From contig OZ281495.1 of assembly GCA_965637545.1 (NCBI GenBank), positions 7,378,001 to 7,442,000 on the forward strand: a stretch of DNA of 64,000 nt, read 5' to 3'. A model generated the notes under the pieces. It made no database searches and had not been told where the DNA came from. It saw nothing but the letters and a program-made list of their open reading frames with translations. The position numbers and the translations under genes were made by a program. Source of the DNA: Phallusia mammillata. Its lineage: Eukaryota. Numbering within the stretch: the first letter of the stretch is position 1; the number at the start of each line of letters is the position of its first letter. Shown here in pieces: positions 39,567 through 51,600 of the stretch.

Positions 39567-42500
39567 GTTCGTGTTGTGCGACTTATGACGGGCGTGGTGC
39601 ATGTGATTTAACCCAGTCGGGGATTTGTGGTTCCAACAGAACATACGCGTTTGCTCACAAACAAGATAATGCATGAAAAAACACCAGTGCTATCATGTTT
39701 CCAAGCATAGGAATTTGCACATGCGCAAGCGAAAAACTTTTTTAAACCCAAGCCCTTCAATATTTGAATGAAATCACGTACACGGCTTTGACCTTTGAGG
39801 TGAGATTCAAGCAGCCTCACACGTAACGTGGGAAAACTCGCTTGCGCAAATATTCGCTATGCGAAGATATGACGGCGAAAATGGCGGAAACGCAGGAATT
39901 ACGCAACAATGGGCGTTGTATGATGTCACAGATTACATTCAAAGATCAGTCATTCCATTAGCGCCCGTGAGGTGTCGGCGAATAAGAGCTGATAGCACAA
40001 GAAGACATCCTGAATCCTTAAACCGACGCCGACCATCTTTGGAAGACGTTATACCCCACTTAGTTGAGGCGCCACTCGATTTTAGACCGTGACTGGGTCG
40101 GTTTTATGCGAAAACGCCCTGTGTGTTGTACACCTAGGCAAAGGGGTGTGAAAAAGGAATGCGGATGTATAAACAAATTTAGGAATGTGAAATTTATGCG
40201 AGGAAATTACACTTTGCTCGTTCAATAGTTAATATACTGTATAAGGGTGCTCAAAAACAAATCAAGGAAGATATAATTTAAAATAAAAGTTTTTATCGAT
40301 TAATGTAGGAACAACAGTACGCGCTCAGACCATTAGTGGCCGTTTAGGGCTTCAGACCTGAATGAGCCTCGCTGACAATAGGGTCGGCGACGCCACTGCG
40401 TAATCGCGGCGATTAGGCGACAAAGCTTCGGCGGTCGTCCTCCCTCTGCCACGATGTGTCAAAACGCGGAAATTTTAGCGGTATTTTTCGGTTCCTCTCC
40501 GCCTTTGAAGTTTCGCCAAGCCGAGGGGAAAGTTTATGGAGATGATAAAAGTGCGCACGGGGATTATGTCACCTCTAGCGTAGACGCGTGGTCTACATTA
40601 TGTTGTTTTTGGACTTATAATTCGGTGGCGCACACTTAGCAGTTAACACAACAATCTAAGCCACATTAACACCACAAAGCAAGATTAAGATTTCGTACAG
40701 AAGAAGTACTCATGGAAAGCTATGGAAGAAATTGGTGTAAATAACTGGAATTTGGTTTACATTTTCTGGCCGCAGCAATCGTCGTTATATGCTCGCCATG
40801 GGTGCCGTAGTTCTGCTGCTCTGATCTAAAAGCGATAGCCCGTTCAAGCAAAACAACTGGCTCTTCGCGCGCTTGTAGTAAGATCCTATCTCACACCGTG
40901 GCGTCTAATTCGTGAAAACACGCACCCGGGTTGGGGCACAACGCACAGTAGCTGGGCACAGAGTTCCGCCTTATTAACTGAGGTAAAAGTGGACCAAACC
41001 CTTTACCAAAACAATTCCCCCCTAAAAGAACTAGAACCTTTAGTACTTAGCGCTCATCTAGTTCAGTTAATGTAAAGACCTGTCGATTTAGGCTGAAGGG
41101 TAATTAGTCCCCTGGGCTTTTGGGGTAAAAGAATGGTTTGAGGGGGGTTGGGGAGCTCTTTGGGCGATCCGCTTTGAAGCGCTGCCCCGGAGCCGTTTAT
41201 AACTGAAACAATTTCACTTTCGGCATTTCTGGGTCACTGAAGTTTCCGACGTGTACTGACGCTATGTGCAGCTCAAAAGGAACTCAGCTTTGCTTGAAAC
41301 GCCTTTTTGCAACCAAATTTACATCACATTACTTGTGTTTAAAACCATTTTGGCACTTTCAAAAAGCAGCCAGAAGTGAAATCCGCTTTTGTGTAAGAAA
41401 ACATGGTTAGAGATGCACCTCTGAGATAGCTAATGACGGTACGTGCTGTTGAAATGACCCCTATCACTTTGCACACCTCAGAACCGGGTTTTGTCGCCGA
41501 AGTAGCGCCGCTGTCAACCCCAGTTATGTGAGGGCACTCGAAATAACCCCAACTTTCGAACAAAGGACTTGTCACTGAAATTGACACGAAACGAGAGACA
41601 AAATCGTCTACTAAACAAGTCAAACCCATCACATTACGGTTGTCGCCTATGTTGTTGCGACCGCCTTGTTACGAAAAAACGAGTATATAATCAATATTAA
41701 AAACTCACTTTAATGTAATAAACTGATTTCCTACTTCAGGTGTTCGCCCCCTGCCGTGGTGCGTCATTGTTTGCATACTCTAGTACACGTGTTCCCTACG
41801 GCGAGGTAGCAAATGTGTGTGATGTATAAACAAAACTTCTCGAATATAACATTAGGTGGTTACGTGGAATGTGTCAGGTTATGAAACAACAGCAAAGACT
41901 TGTAAGGAATTCTTGATTGCGTACGTTTTGGACAAGGGTATTCGTTTTACGGCTTTCGGGGCGAAAACTTGAATCAAATTCTATTTTTTTGCGGTTGGGC
42001 AGCGGCCTAATACGATCAGCGGCATAATTCCCAGCAAACATGAGGAAAATCGCTTCAGCGTGCCAGATGTTAATCGCGTGACGACTAAACAGCTGATTGG
42101 TCGAGTTTGGCGGATTACCGGCGTCTCTGCGTCTCCGGGTTAAATCGCCATTTTGTGGCAGTAACACCAGAAGCGGTGGCCAGAGTTGCGGAGAGATTAG
42201 ATCGGCACTGCTTCTTCGCGCTTCGCCAAACCCGTCGCTCACAATAGTCGACTGCTCGGCGCCCTGTCCGCTACGCCGCGTGAAACGGTAAACGTTTGCC
42301 ACCTCTCGTGCTAGTAAAGGTGGCGGCATCTACAAGTTGCAATATTTGAAGCTAAAAAGTGACACAGATTCAACTAGAGAACACATAAATGACAATTATG
42401 CAAGCATTTTTGTATGTTTGAACGCATGCCGACAAAACTCACACGTTCGTAGGAGACTTTCACTTCTATTTGAATAAGATTTTCGTAATGTATAAATGCA

Positions 42501-42978
42501 TTTGCCACTTTTAGAGCAGTTTTATCGTTGACAACGTTTAATAGGTGACCTTTGTGCCATTTTCCGAGCCTAATTTCTACTTCAATGACCTTTCGTCCGC
42601 ACAAGTAAAAGTCCATCGTGTGGGTTGGAACCGAACATTCTCACTGTTCTGGCGTTGAGCAATCGACAATTTCGCTATAATAAGCGGTGATTTGGCGTGG
42701 CACTCCAATAAGCATCACAGGCTGTTATGGAAGCGCACCGGGTTGTTTCTCTTGCAACTTGGTCCAGTTTTGCGGTTTCGATAGTTTCCGAGCTCTGGCA
42801 ATACTGAGCTATTTCGGAACAGTTTTAATCACACATCGCCCGTTCGCAGTCCTGAACATCACGTACGCAAAACCTTGTTTGTGAGCAAAACGCGTGTAGC
42901 TGATCCATTATAGTTATTGTGGTGTGATGGTGATTTCTGTTTTGGCGTGATTTATAACCGAGTACATTTTGATTTCAG

Positions 42979-43055
42979 ATTACACAGTTAAAGATCGACC
43001 ACAATCCATTCGCTAAAGGCTTTCGTGATTCTGGAAGCGGAAAACGAGAAAAGAG
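42979..43055 (+). CDS. Tbx2/3: Tbx2/3 coding exon 4 (end of T-box); not in the ORF track
   Basis: Acceptor ttttgatttcag|A. Read directly as ITQLKIDHNPFAKGFRDSGSGKREK(R). Donor AG|GTAACA, phase 2. Confidence 0.97.
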
Positions 43056-43183
43056 GTAACAAAAATTGCCTAATTTATGAACCGTTTAAAAAAATACGCT
43101 ACATATTATTTGAAATCTTTGAATGACCATTGGGACGTCCGTATCAACAACTTCAAGTTAGTAAACGAGTTGATTTTTTGCAG

Positions 43184-43296
43184 GCGCCAGCACTTTCATC
43201 TTCAACAGCAGCTAATCGGAAACTCTAAAAATGAAACTACTAACGGACAAAGCAAGGACGCAAACAGCTCACACCACAGCTACTCTGATCGATCAG
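43184..43296 (+). CDS. Tbx2/3: Tbx2/3 coding exon 5
   Basis: Acceptor tgattttttgcag|G. Encodes (R)RQHFHLQQQLIGNSKNETTNGQSKDANSSHHSYSDRS. Donor G|GTATAT, phase 1. It bridges the phase-2 end of exon 4 to the phase-1 start of exon 6. Confidence 0.85.
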
Positions 43297-43493
43297 GTAT
43301 ATAGTAACAAGAAATCACCGTTAAAGATTTCATATTTTAAGTCTATGATACAATGACCAAAATAAAAATTGACTTCAGTTAACGTTTAATAGCTTAACAT
43401 TAAGGCAATGATAAAACGCTTGGTGGTCCAGAGACAAAGATTACACAAAAACATACGCATTAAATTTCACCGAGTCATCATTCATTTCTCCAG

Positions 43494-44815
43494 ATTACAA
43501 CGGTTCGACAGACGAGGAAATGCGACCGGTCAACAACAATAACCCCGGCGAACATACATCATCAATGACGTCACCCACCGGTGGCGAGAAACGCAAGTCA
43601 GATTGCAATGGCATGACGGATGAGAGAAACGGCAAATATCCGGCGCGGGAGTGCAGCGACGACGAAGGCAACTCGTTCGACGAAAAGATGCACTGCGAGG
43701 TTTCGCCAAGGGGGAAGTCGCCTGTTTTGCATTCGCCCCTCGAGAAACGATCGTCGATGTCGCCGGCGTCCGCCAAGCGCAGTTTGTCCAAAGAAAATCC
43801 CTCCGCGTCATCCTCATCATCCGGGACTTTAACGTCGCCCATTCCTATCCACCCAGGCTTGCCAGCGGGTTTCGGTGCTTACGCGAACTCCTTTATGCCG
43901 CACATGTCCGCCGCTTATCCTTTCCTTCAACCGAATCAAATGAACGCCCTTAGCGCAGCAATGAATCCTTACCAACAATTCGGAGCCGGATTCAATCCTG
44001 CGTTGCTTCAAGCGGTCGCAAACGCAGGAGCAATGTCCGCACAATCGCGCAGTCATCCTCCAACCCAGGGACCAACTCCAACTTTTATGGGCAACATGCC
44101 TTCCACCCCTTCCCTATCTTCACTTTTCAACAGCCCCCAGTCGTTATCGGCGTTCAGTCCTTACGCCAATCTGTTCCCATATAACCCAGCGGCAGCTGCG
44201 GCGGCAGCGGCAGCCGCAGCGGCGGCTTATCCAGGAGCCAGCCCCTCCGTTTCAGCTTTGTCAACCCCGGCGTCGGCTGGCGGGAGACTAGAGTCATCTC
44301 AAGGAGGAAGACCGCTTTCACCATTCTCACTTGCGTCGCGCTTGTACCGCCATTCCTCGGCAGCAGGGGCATTCGCCAAGAACATCGGTGCCGCGTCTTC
44401 ACCCACCGATGGAATCCCCATCCCGGGGTCGGCTCCCACGTCCTCGCCTAGTTTTATGAATGGGGCGAAATCGCGGTTCTCGCCGTACGCCATGCCGCCC
44501 TTCAACCTTGCTTCTCTGCGACATCACGCCGAGCACCCGGAAGCCGGATGTCGATTTGATTTCTCACGCTCTCACCACAGGATGTCGCAGTTCGAGAGGC
44601 AGAGGAAGCGATCGGAAAGCGGATCACCGTCAAGTTCACCTGCAACGTCACGAGTTCGAACAGCGTCCGAGTCGTCTGATGGACAAACGAGCGAACGAAA
44701 GACTGAAGGAAGTTTCCATTCGGCTGTGCAAGAATTGAGAAATATGGAAAACCTTGTTTCGGGACTCGATCGCTCGCGAAAACGATCTGCCGAGATGAAA
44801 TGCGAAAAGGTTTAA
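43494..44815 (+). CDS. Tbx2/3: Tbx2/3 coding exon 6 (Ser/Pro/Ala-rich C-terminal region, stop codon)
   Basis: Acceptor ttcatttctccag|AT. (D)YNGSTDEE runs into the 431-aa ORF 43520..44815. Contains Ala13, RFSPY (44474-44488) and ELRNMENLVSGL (44732-44767). TAA at 44813-44815. Confidence 0.92.
44189..44227 (+). repeat. Poly-alanine tract (13 Ala, mixed GCN codons)
   Basis: gcg gca gct gcg gcg gca gcg gca gcc gca gcg gcg gct, in frame in exon 6. Confidence 0.95.
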
Positions 44816-45532
44816 TTGCAAGTCTTCCTTTTTATTGGATTTGCGGCATACCTCATGTCTTGCGCTTTCGGAGCCAAAAAGATCCACAAGAGATAGAAAT
44901 CGGCCGTCTTGGTTCCAACGCTGCGACTGGCGTACGATTTGGTGCTTGTAGTGAAACGTCATTTTGTCCTGTTTAGATTAAAGGTGGTAGAGTCCCCTTT
45001 GTCCTTTTGCCCTACATAGATACCTCATAAGGCGCAATACTGACGTACTTGTACCGCTAATTTTTTCATCGTATATTCTTCATACACAACCATCGCTTGT
45101 TTTGCATGCGTGACGTCAATACGATCCCAATATCAAGTGGTGACGTCACTACTCTTCTAAGTGACGTCATATTTATGTTCCTGCATCGTTTCTCATGCGC
45201 GCGTCGCGTATTATGTGCAGTGTGTTGTGACTGTACCACAGAAAATAGTATTACCGCCTGTTATAATATAATATCGCCGTCTTCTTTTTTTATCTTCTAT
45301 AGCGTCGTTTCAGTTTCTTCGCACACTTTAACGGATCATTGCGGGTCACATTTTTGCACGAACACTTTTTCCGAACCCTTCAACGTCAATTTGTTGTCAG
45401 CACGTTTCTGCGCGACCCGTGGCACTGCCGTGATCCCGATTTTTGATTCAGCGTGTTTTTTGCTAATTCTCGTCTTACGAGTGGCGCAAGTGCAGTACCA
45501 ATTCACGACTAAGTTGTTCTTATTATGAAAGC

Positions 45533-45538
45533 AATAAA
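45533..45538 (+). terminator. Candidate polyadenylation signal (3' UTR about 720 nt)
   Basis: First AATAAA after the stop codon, where the sequence turns AT-rich. Alternatives are ATTAAA at 44977 and AATAAA at 45796 and 45913. Confidence 0.55.
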
Positions 45539-48318
45539 TCTTTACGATGAAGCAAATTTTCATATTTAAGAATAATAGCATTAGAAGACAGACTTAGAAA
45601 GTGTCAAGCATCGAGCAAATTAACAAATCAAAGAATTCCTTTTAACAAAGTTCAGGCAATGTTGGTCCAAATACAAAATCCAAATGTTTATTTGCTTCAA
45701 AATTCTATTACGGTTTTGTTGAACCAAAACACGGTTAGGACATCATACGCACTTTTACATACCAGCAGTTGAAGAAGGTTGTAATTTGTTATCGCAATAA
45801 ACACAGCGATTATGCATGTTTTGCTTGAACCCAAGTCCTTGGCTGGTGTTCTTACGACAATAATCAATACAAGTAAAAAAATGTTATGATAAGAAGTTTG
45901 GTAATGGACTTCAATAAACACAACTTAATGGCAAGCTGTGATGATTCAAACCGTTGAATAAAACCTTTTTTTTAAATATACACCGGTTTAGATATTCGGA
46001 TCAGGTGCAGTAAAGTTCACTGAAGTAAACGTTTTTTTTTTTAATAGACATGTTATATTTGTTACACTTGGTGTCAAGATTAAAAACACACACAAAAAAT
46101 AAACAGCTGTTGGCGTTAGTACACACCTACGTGATATTGTCAGGTTTTTTTCAGATGTCGTTAAAACCGAGTGGAGGTCTTATTAAAGAGATATTGAAAA
46201 TCTGTCAGTTGGTTAAATTAACAGCTTTTTAATGTGCGTGGAATTTTCTCGATAGCCTGACGTGGTAATTAAGGCCAAGATTCTATGCAAATCGCTTGCG
46301 GTTCCACACCTACAATATGTCATCCAGCCATAATGGCTTTGGGATGACACCCCAAACGAGGTCTGCCATGCGCTGTGTAGATTACACCCCAAATCTGTTA
46401 GTGTGTTTAAAACAAATTGCCACGCCAACAAGGAACAGATTGCTTCCGCTAAACAGTGGTTATCGGTGTTGGCTGACTTAAATATGGCAACAGATTAACG
46501 CAGCGTATGTCGTCTTTAGCTTTAAAATTCTCCCCATCTTGGAGCACTCCTTAAGATACGGCACGACTGGGATTGGAACATATCGATCGTTGTGCCACAT
46601 TGTCAAACATCAGCAAGACGCCTTGCTCGTTTTCGGGCATACGTGATTCATGAAGTTGCTATTGGGGTTCAATATGTCACCACCATGTGCAGCCGCAGCG
46701 TTCACCTTGGAAGGCCGGGTGTTCGTGCCACCTCCCAGCGGCATATCGAGGCTACAGGGCCGGCGCCTACGAGTCGCGGCAATTACCACTTTCAAAATTG
46801 CACATCGTGGGGTGGCTGGCCCGTTCAGGCGCGCGCGGTCTTCCGATGTGTGTAAAGACGCGCCGGCGATTGTCAACTCGTCGCCTCCTTCCAGTCGCTA
46901 TTCTCAGCTTAACTGTTGAATGAAGGACGGAAATTCGGTAAAAATAATTTAAACCACCAACCCTTGTATATTTTCAGTGATAAAGCAGACGCCAGGATTC
47001 TGCCTGTAATCAGTTTCCCCTATTGTCATCCAGGTACAGAAACGAACCTTCTATATTTATTATTTACAGGTAACTGCAGGATACAGGCTTGAAATTAGGT
47101 CGATAAAAGTGCTTTGTGCTGACAGATAGTCATTTTTACTCAAATGGTAAAGTATAAATCTACAACCCACATAACATCCACGAAAATTTCATTTTGACCA
47201 ATTTTCTATGCTACATCTTCAAATATCAAATAATTTCATTTCTTTTGGGACGGAAAAGGTAACTTTTGGACCTAATTTGTTTCTGTTTAGATATGAGTCC
47301 GGGTCGGGTTTTGGTCCTGTAGTATTGGATTCAGGTCCTAAATTTGGACAGACTTTCTTCTCTTGTAAAATGACAAAAATTCTAGGTAAAATTTGGTGCC
47401 CCTCAATTTTGCAGGACGCAAAACAAAAGATGATTAAAATTTCTTTAAACACACGTTGTCACCTTAAAGCCGGTAATGTCTTCTACATAAATATCTACTA
47501 ATGAAAGAACGGGAGGGATTGGTAAGTATACACTGGTAGACCGCGATATTTATATCAGTCTTCGTCATGCCATAATTATTTCTACATTCAGTCGCACCTC
47601 CTTAGCACACAAGACGAACAAATGCCCCTGTTTGGTCAGCGGGAAGTTAATCTTCCGGAGCGGGAAATTAAGCTGCGAAAGTCGGCGCCTTACGAATTCA
47701 CATCAAGCACATAATTGCAGTGAAGAGCGTCGTATTGGCAGGAGAGCAGTTGAGTTTATCTCGAGTTCTGACGCTTGCAGAAAACCCGGTATGGTTGTAA
47801 TTGTTTGTGACGTGATAAAGTGCTTGCCTATTATGTCATCAAAATATCAACTCTAATTCCAGTTGGAGTCGAGGAGCGTTTCCAAATCACACTTGATAGC
47901 TCTCAATCGCTTCCAATTATCTAGAGGTGTGTTGTAGCGGTTACTGCCCACCGATATTAACTTGCTGTACATACAAGAGCATCTGACACAATGGACTACT
48001 AGAAATCGACAAAAAAGGGATCTTCCAACCATGACTCGGCAGGTTTTTAACAAGATTACATCTGTAATAAGTTTAGGAATGAACAATTCGCGGCAGTTTG
48101 GAAGAAGTGATATTGTTGTTTTGGTATTGCAAAGTATATATATATTGCAAAGGAATAACAATATCAAAAGCAACAAAAATAGTGAGAAAAAACACCTCAT
48201 AATCGTCACGTGATGTTGCAAACACTTGATTTAATCGAAACTATTCTTAAACTTCAACAATAACACGCATATTATTTGTTAAGCGAGATATCCAAATTTA
48301 CTTGCGGAAGCTCTCAGC

Positions 48319-48638
48319 CAGGGGTGACCAACCCGTCGATCGCGATCGACTGCTGGTCGATCTCGGACTGATTTCAAGTCGATCGCGAGGGTTGCAGAAA
48401 TTATTTAAAATAGTTGCTTTGTAACGCGTTGCTGTACATAGATAATTTTGTGTGTGAATTAATCATAAGGATATGTTAATAAGTTCATAAGTAGGCTCTT
48501 TGTTACGTTACAATAGTATATAGTTGCAGTAGTAATTGTTACTTTGTTCTGGTACTCGCTATGTCTTTGCTAATTTGTGTTGGAATGGTAGATCTCAAGA
48601 GTTGGACTACTTCAAAAGTCGATCTTGAGTCACCCCTG
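48319..48638. mobile_element. Non-autonomous hAT (Charlie-like) MITE, 320 bp
   Basis: Terminal inverted repeats CAGGGGTGAC (48319) / GTCACCCCTG (48629-48638). An 8-bp target-site duplication ctctcagc (48311-48318) / ctctaagc (48639-48646) matches 7/8. Subterminal GTCGATC repeats and an AT-rich non-coding core. Confidence 0.88.
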
Positions 48639-51600
48639 CTCTAAGCCAAACTTGTATTGCATTGCAGAAGCTTGGGTTACAAGACAACATTGCATTTTTA
48701 CCGATAAGCATTGCACAATAGTATGTCGGAAACAATAGGTTTTTGAGAAACTGCAATTTTGTTGCAATGTAACATATGAACACGAAACACTATGTGCTAT
48801 GACAGGGGAAATATTGTTAAAGAAACGTTTCAGTTACGAGCAAATCACTTTGGCTTAAAGCAGTACAATCCGCAGTATAGCAAGGGCGCATTGCATGAAA
48901 CTATTGCCCAAAGATAAGCACAACCTATTGTGACGAAAACTCTATCTTGTGACCATGAAATAGTTGACACATTTCGCCGAGGAAACACTGATTTTATTTG
49001 GGGAAGAATCGTTGTCCAAAGTCTATAGTGGCAACCCCCAAACGGCTCCTATAATCCGACAATCGAAACCAAGTTTGGTAAACAATCTCCGGCGTCAATT
49101 GACAAGGGTAACACGTGCGGTGGCCAGGAGAGGTGCTCGAAGCGGGTTAAGTTTGCCCGATCAGTAGCTGCGACGACGGTCCAAGTGACTCTGAGGGCCA
49201 AAGAGTGGCCACTTGGGCAGTTTAGCCCCCGACCAAGCGCAGACTCGTGGCGCCAACCGTGGCAGGCTTAGTGCTATCGAGAGGACGGTGCATGCATAAA
49301 TATGTGACGAGCTTTGAGCTACAAGGACGTCTGATTGAGCGACCAGGTTGACAAGGGGGGGCTCGGTATTCAGGATTTTTTCTGCTGTTTTTGACATAAC
49401 GGAGGTCATATACGGGGCTGTTTGTGGCCAACGACAGATGCTATGACGCAGTACACTGCCTGTTCAGGAACCAGTGGGTGCCTTTGATTTATGTTACCTT
49501 CGTAAATTCTTATCATGATTTAAGCTAATTACCGTTTACCTAAACACGCTCCGTGTTTTATATTTTATGGTGCACCACCCAAGGACACAATATAGCGTAG
49601 CAAGATTCTCAGATTTCCTTATGATAGAAAACAAAGTTGAGTAAAATGTACACGACCAATGCATTTTTCAAAAACTTTGATAGACAAATAGTCACACATA
49701 CAGCTTGATTTTCGTTCGTTTTGAAGTTGACCCGAAAAAAATCTCGTATTGAAGTTACAAATTTAAAGCATGTGAAACGTTTGTATTTGACTTCATGCAA
49801 TGGGCGTAATGTACTTGGTCCATTGTCTGAAGCGTTTGTTGGTAAACACGTTTTTTAGGAGTGGTAAAGAGTTTGTTTTTTTACGATTCGACAAAATTGT
49901 ACACATTGAGGTAGTCCGAATTTTTACCCTCCGTTGAAAATAACATAAAATATTTTTAACAAGGACGTTACCTTAACATCTATTGATGAGAAAAAAACAC
50001 AATAAAATTTCAAAGAAGCCGCTTTAAAGATAGATTTACACCAGTTGTAAAAGGCGCCTTCCCCGCGGTGTTTGCTATCTTCCCACTACGAAGTGATTAA
50101 GCGTTGTTGAAGGCTCGCGCGAGCGCCCTATAACGGCCCAAATGAGCAAAAGCAACGAGACATTAATAACGCTCGCAAACATTTCAGGGATCTTAGCACA
50201 ACTGACCGCTTGTTACGCGAGTGTTGTGTTCTGGTGGCGAATGGCGACGAAGACGGCGATTCGCGCGTTCTAATTCTAAATATTTGTTTAGAGGCGCAAA
50301 GCGGCGCGCGATCGATGACGTCACAAGCATTTCGCTGCTCAAGCAATCGAATCGTCTGAAGCGGTCGCCAGCCCGGCGCCACGATGCGCGCCCGGGAGCA
50401 GGGGGAGAATAAAAAGAAACCTACGGGAGGTGGAGTGGTGAGGAGCGGTGGTTTGCACCTCGCCGATTACCAGTGGAGGTTGGACGGCAAATGAGATGAT
50501 ACGTTGGGTAAAAATGTTTACAAGCGCGTGGAAGCCGAGATTCTATCTGATCTGCAGGGAACTGCACGAACTACTAGCCGACGTCAGGTTTACGGTCGCA
50601 TAACTACAACATTTCTTGACGATTTGGAACTTCAACAAACAAACACTCAGACGCTGCGGCGTTAAACAAACGACCCACAAGATACACAACGTAAGAAATG
50701 CGTTAGCGGCCAACCTTCCCACGATTTCCACTCCCTATCACACATCAGCAATAAGTTCCTTTTTGCAATGCAATTCAAAATTGCCACGGTTATACAACTT
50801 TTCTGAGAAAAGACAAAATCTTTGAAAAAATGTGATGATGACCACAGCGGTTCTTAAAACGACACAATGGATGCAGAAAATTGCAACAGAATGTATGCAC
50901 TGCACAAAATCTCTCTGACAGTTTTTCAAGTTATTTTCTATAGTTTCTAATAACATGATACTGTATAAGTAAAGTATTTGAACATAGTTTTTTTTACGTC
51001 AATTTAGCTAGTTTCTTTTAGATATTTAACAGTACCAGAAAAAAGAGCATTGAAAGAATCACAGTACATTTAATAAGATTCAAGATTCAAAAAGTTTTGA
51101 ATGACGAATTTTTCCAATACATAATCACTTTTTGGAGGTTTAAAAAGATCGTCTTCACATGATGTTGCCTTTGTGTCGTTTGTAACAGCAAAACATTCAA
51201 GGATAAAACGTTTAGCATTTACCGTTGACATCTTCAGGTAAAAAAAGAAATCAGCACCTTAATTTTGTCCAAACATATTGCATTGCATTTCTTGCAGAAA
51301 ATTTCGAACTGTACAATGTGTACCCAAAAGTATTTCAGACATTCGGGGCTTGCGCTAATCCAATTTGCCGCTGTCAATCATTAGGCGTAATTTGACAAGC
51401 AGGAAAAGCCGCCAATGCTCTGTGTTTTGTCTCAGCCGTCGGCCGCCACGCCACATGAATAAACTGCAAATATTAGTACACAAATTACTTCAAATTAAAC
51501 CCGGCGGTGGTGACGAAGCTTTTTGATCGCATTGCGTTTATTGCGACGTACTGGCGACATCGCGCACCCGCTGGGATTTGTACCCACAAACTGGCGACTT

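Larger units (their letters stand above)
25773..44815 (+). other. Tbx2/3: Tbx2/3 (optomotor-blind subfamily) T-box transcription factor gene, coding span; 6 coding exons, 769 aa
   Basis: Exons of 380+271+147+77+113+1322 nt sum to 2310 nt and splice in frame through GT-AG introns. They give a complete T-box ([23 protein letters not shown]...[29 protein letters not shown]...KLTNN...[13 protein letters not shown]...[28 protein letters not shown]). Subfamily marks are [16 protein letters not shown], the post-T-box GKREKR, RFSPY and the C-terminal ELRNMENLVSGL (vertebrate TBX2/3 has ELQSIQRLVSGL). Confidence 0.95.

Noticed and set aside
41874-42329. 151-aa minus-strand ORF in intron 3
   Set aside because: No recognisable domain or splice partners; its length is explained by a GC-rich block.
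43495-44962. Overlapping and antisense ORFs across exon 6
   Set aside because: Shadow ORFs of a GC-rich coding exon.
45097-45528. 143-aa ORF downstream of the stop codon
   Set aside because: Non-ATG start, composition typical of translated T-rich UTR, and it lies within the predicted 3' UTR.
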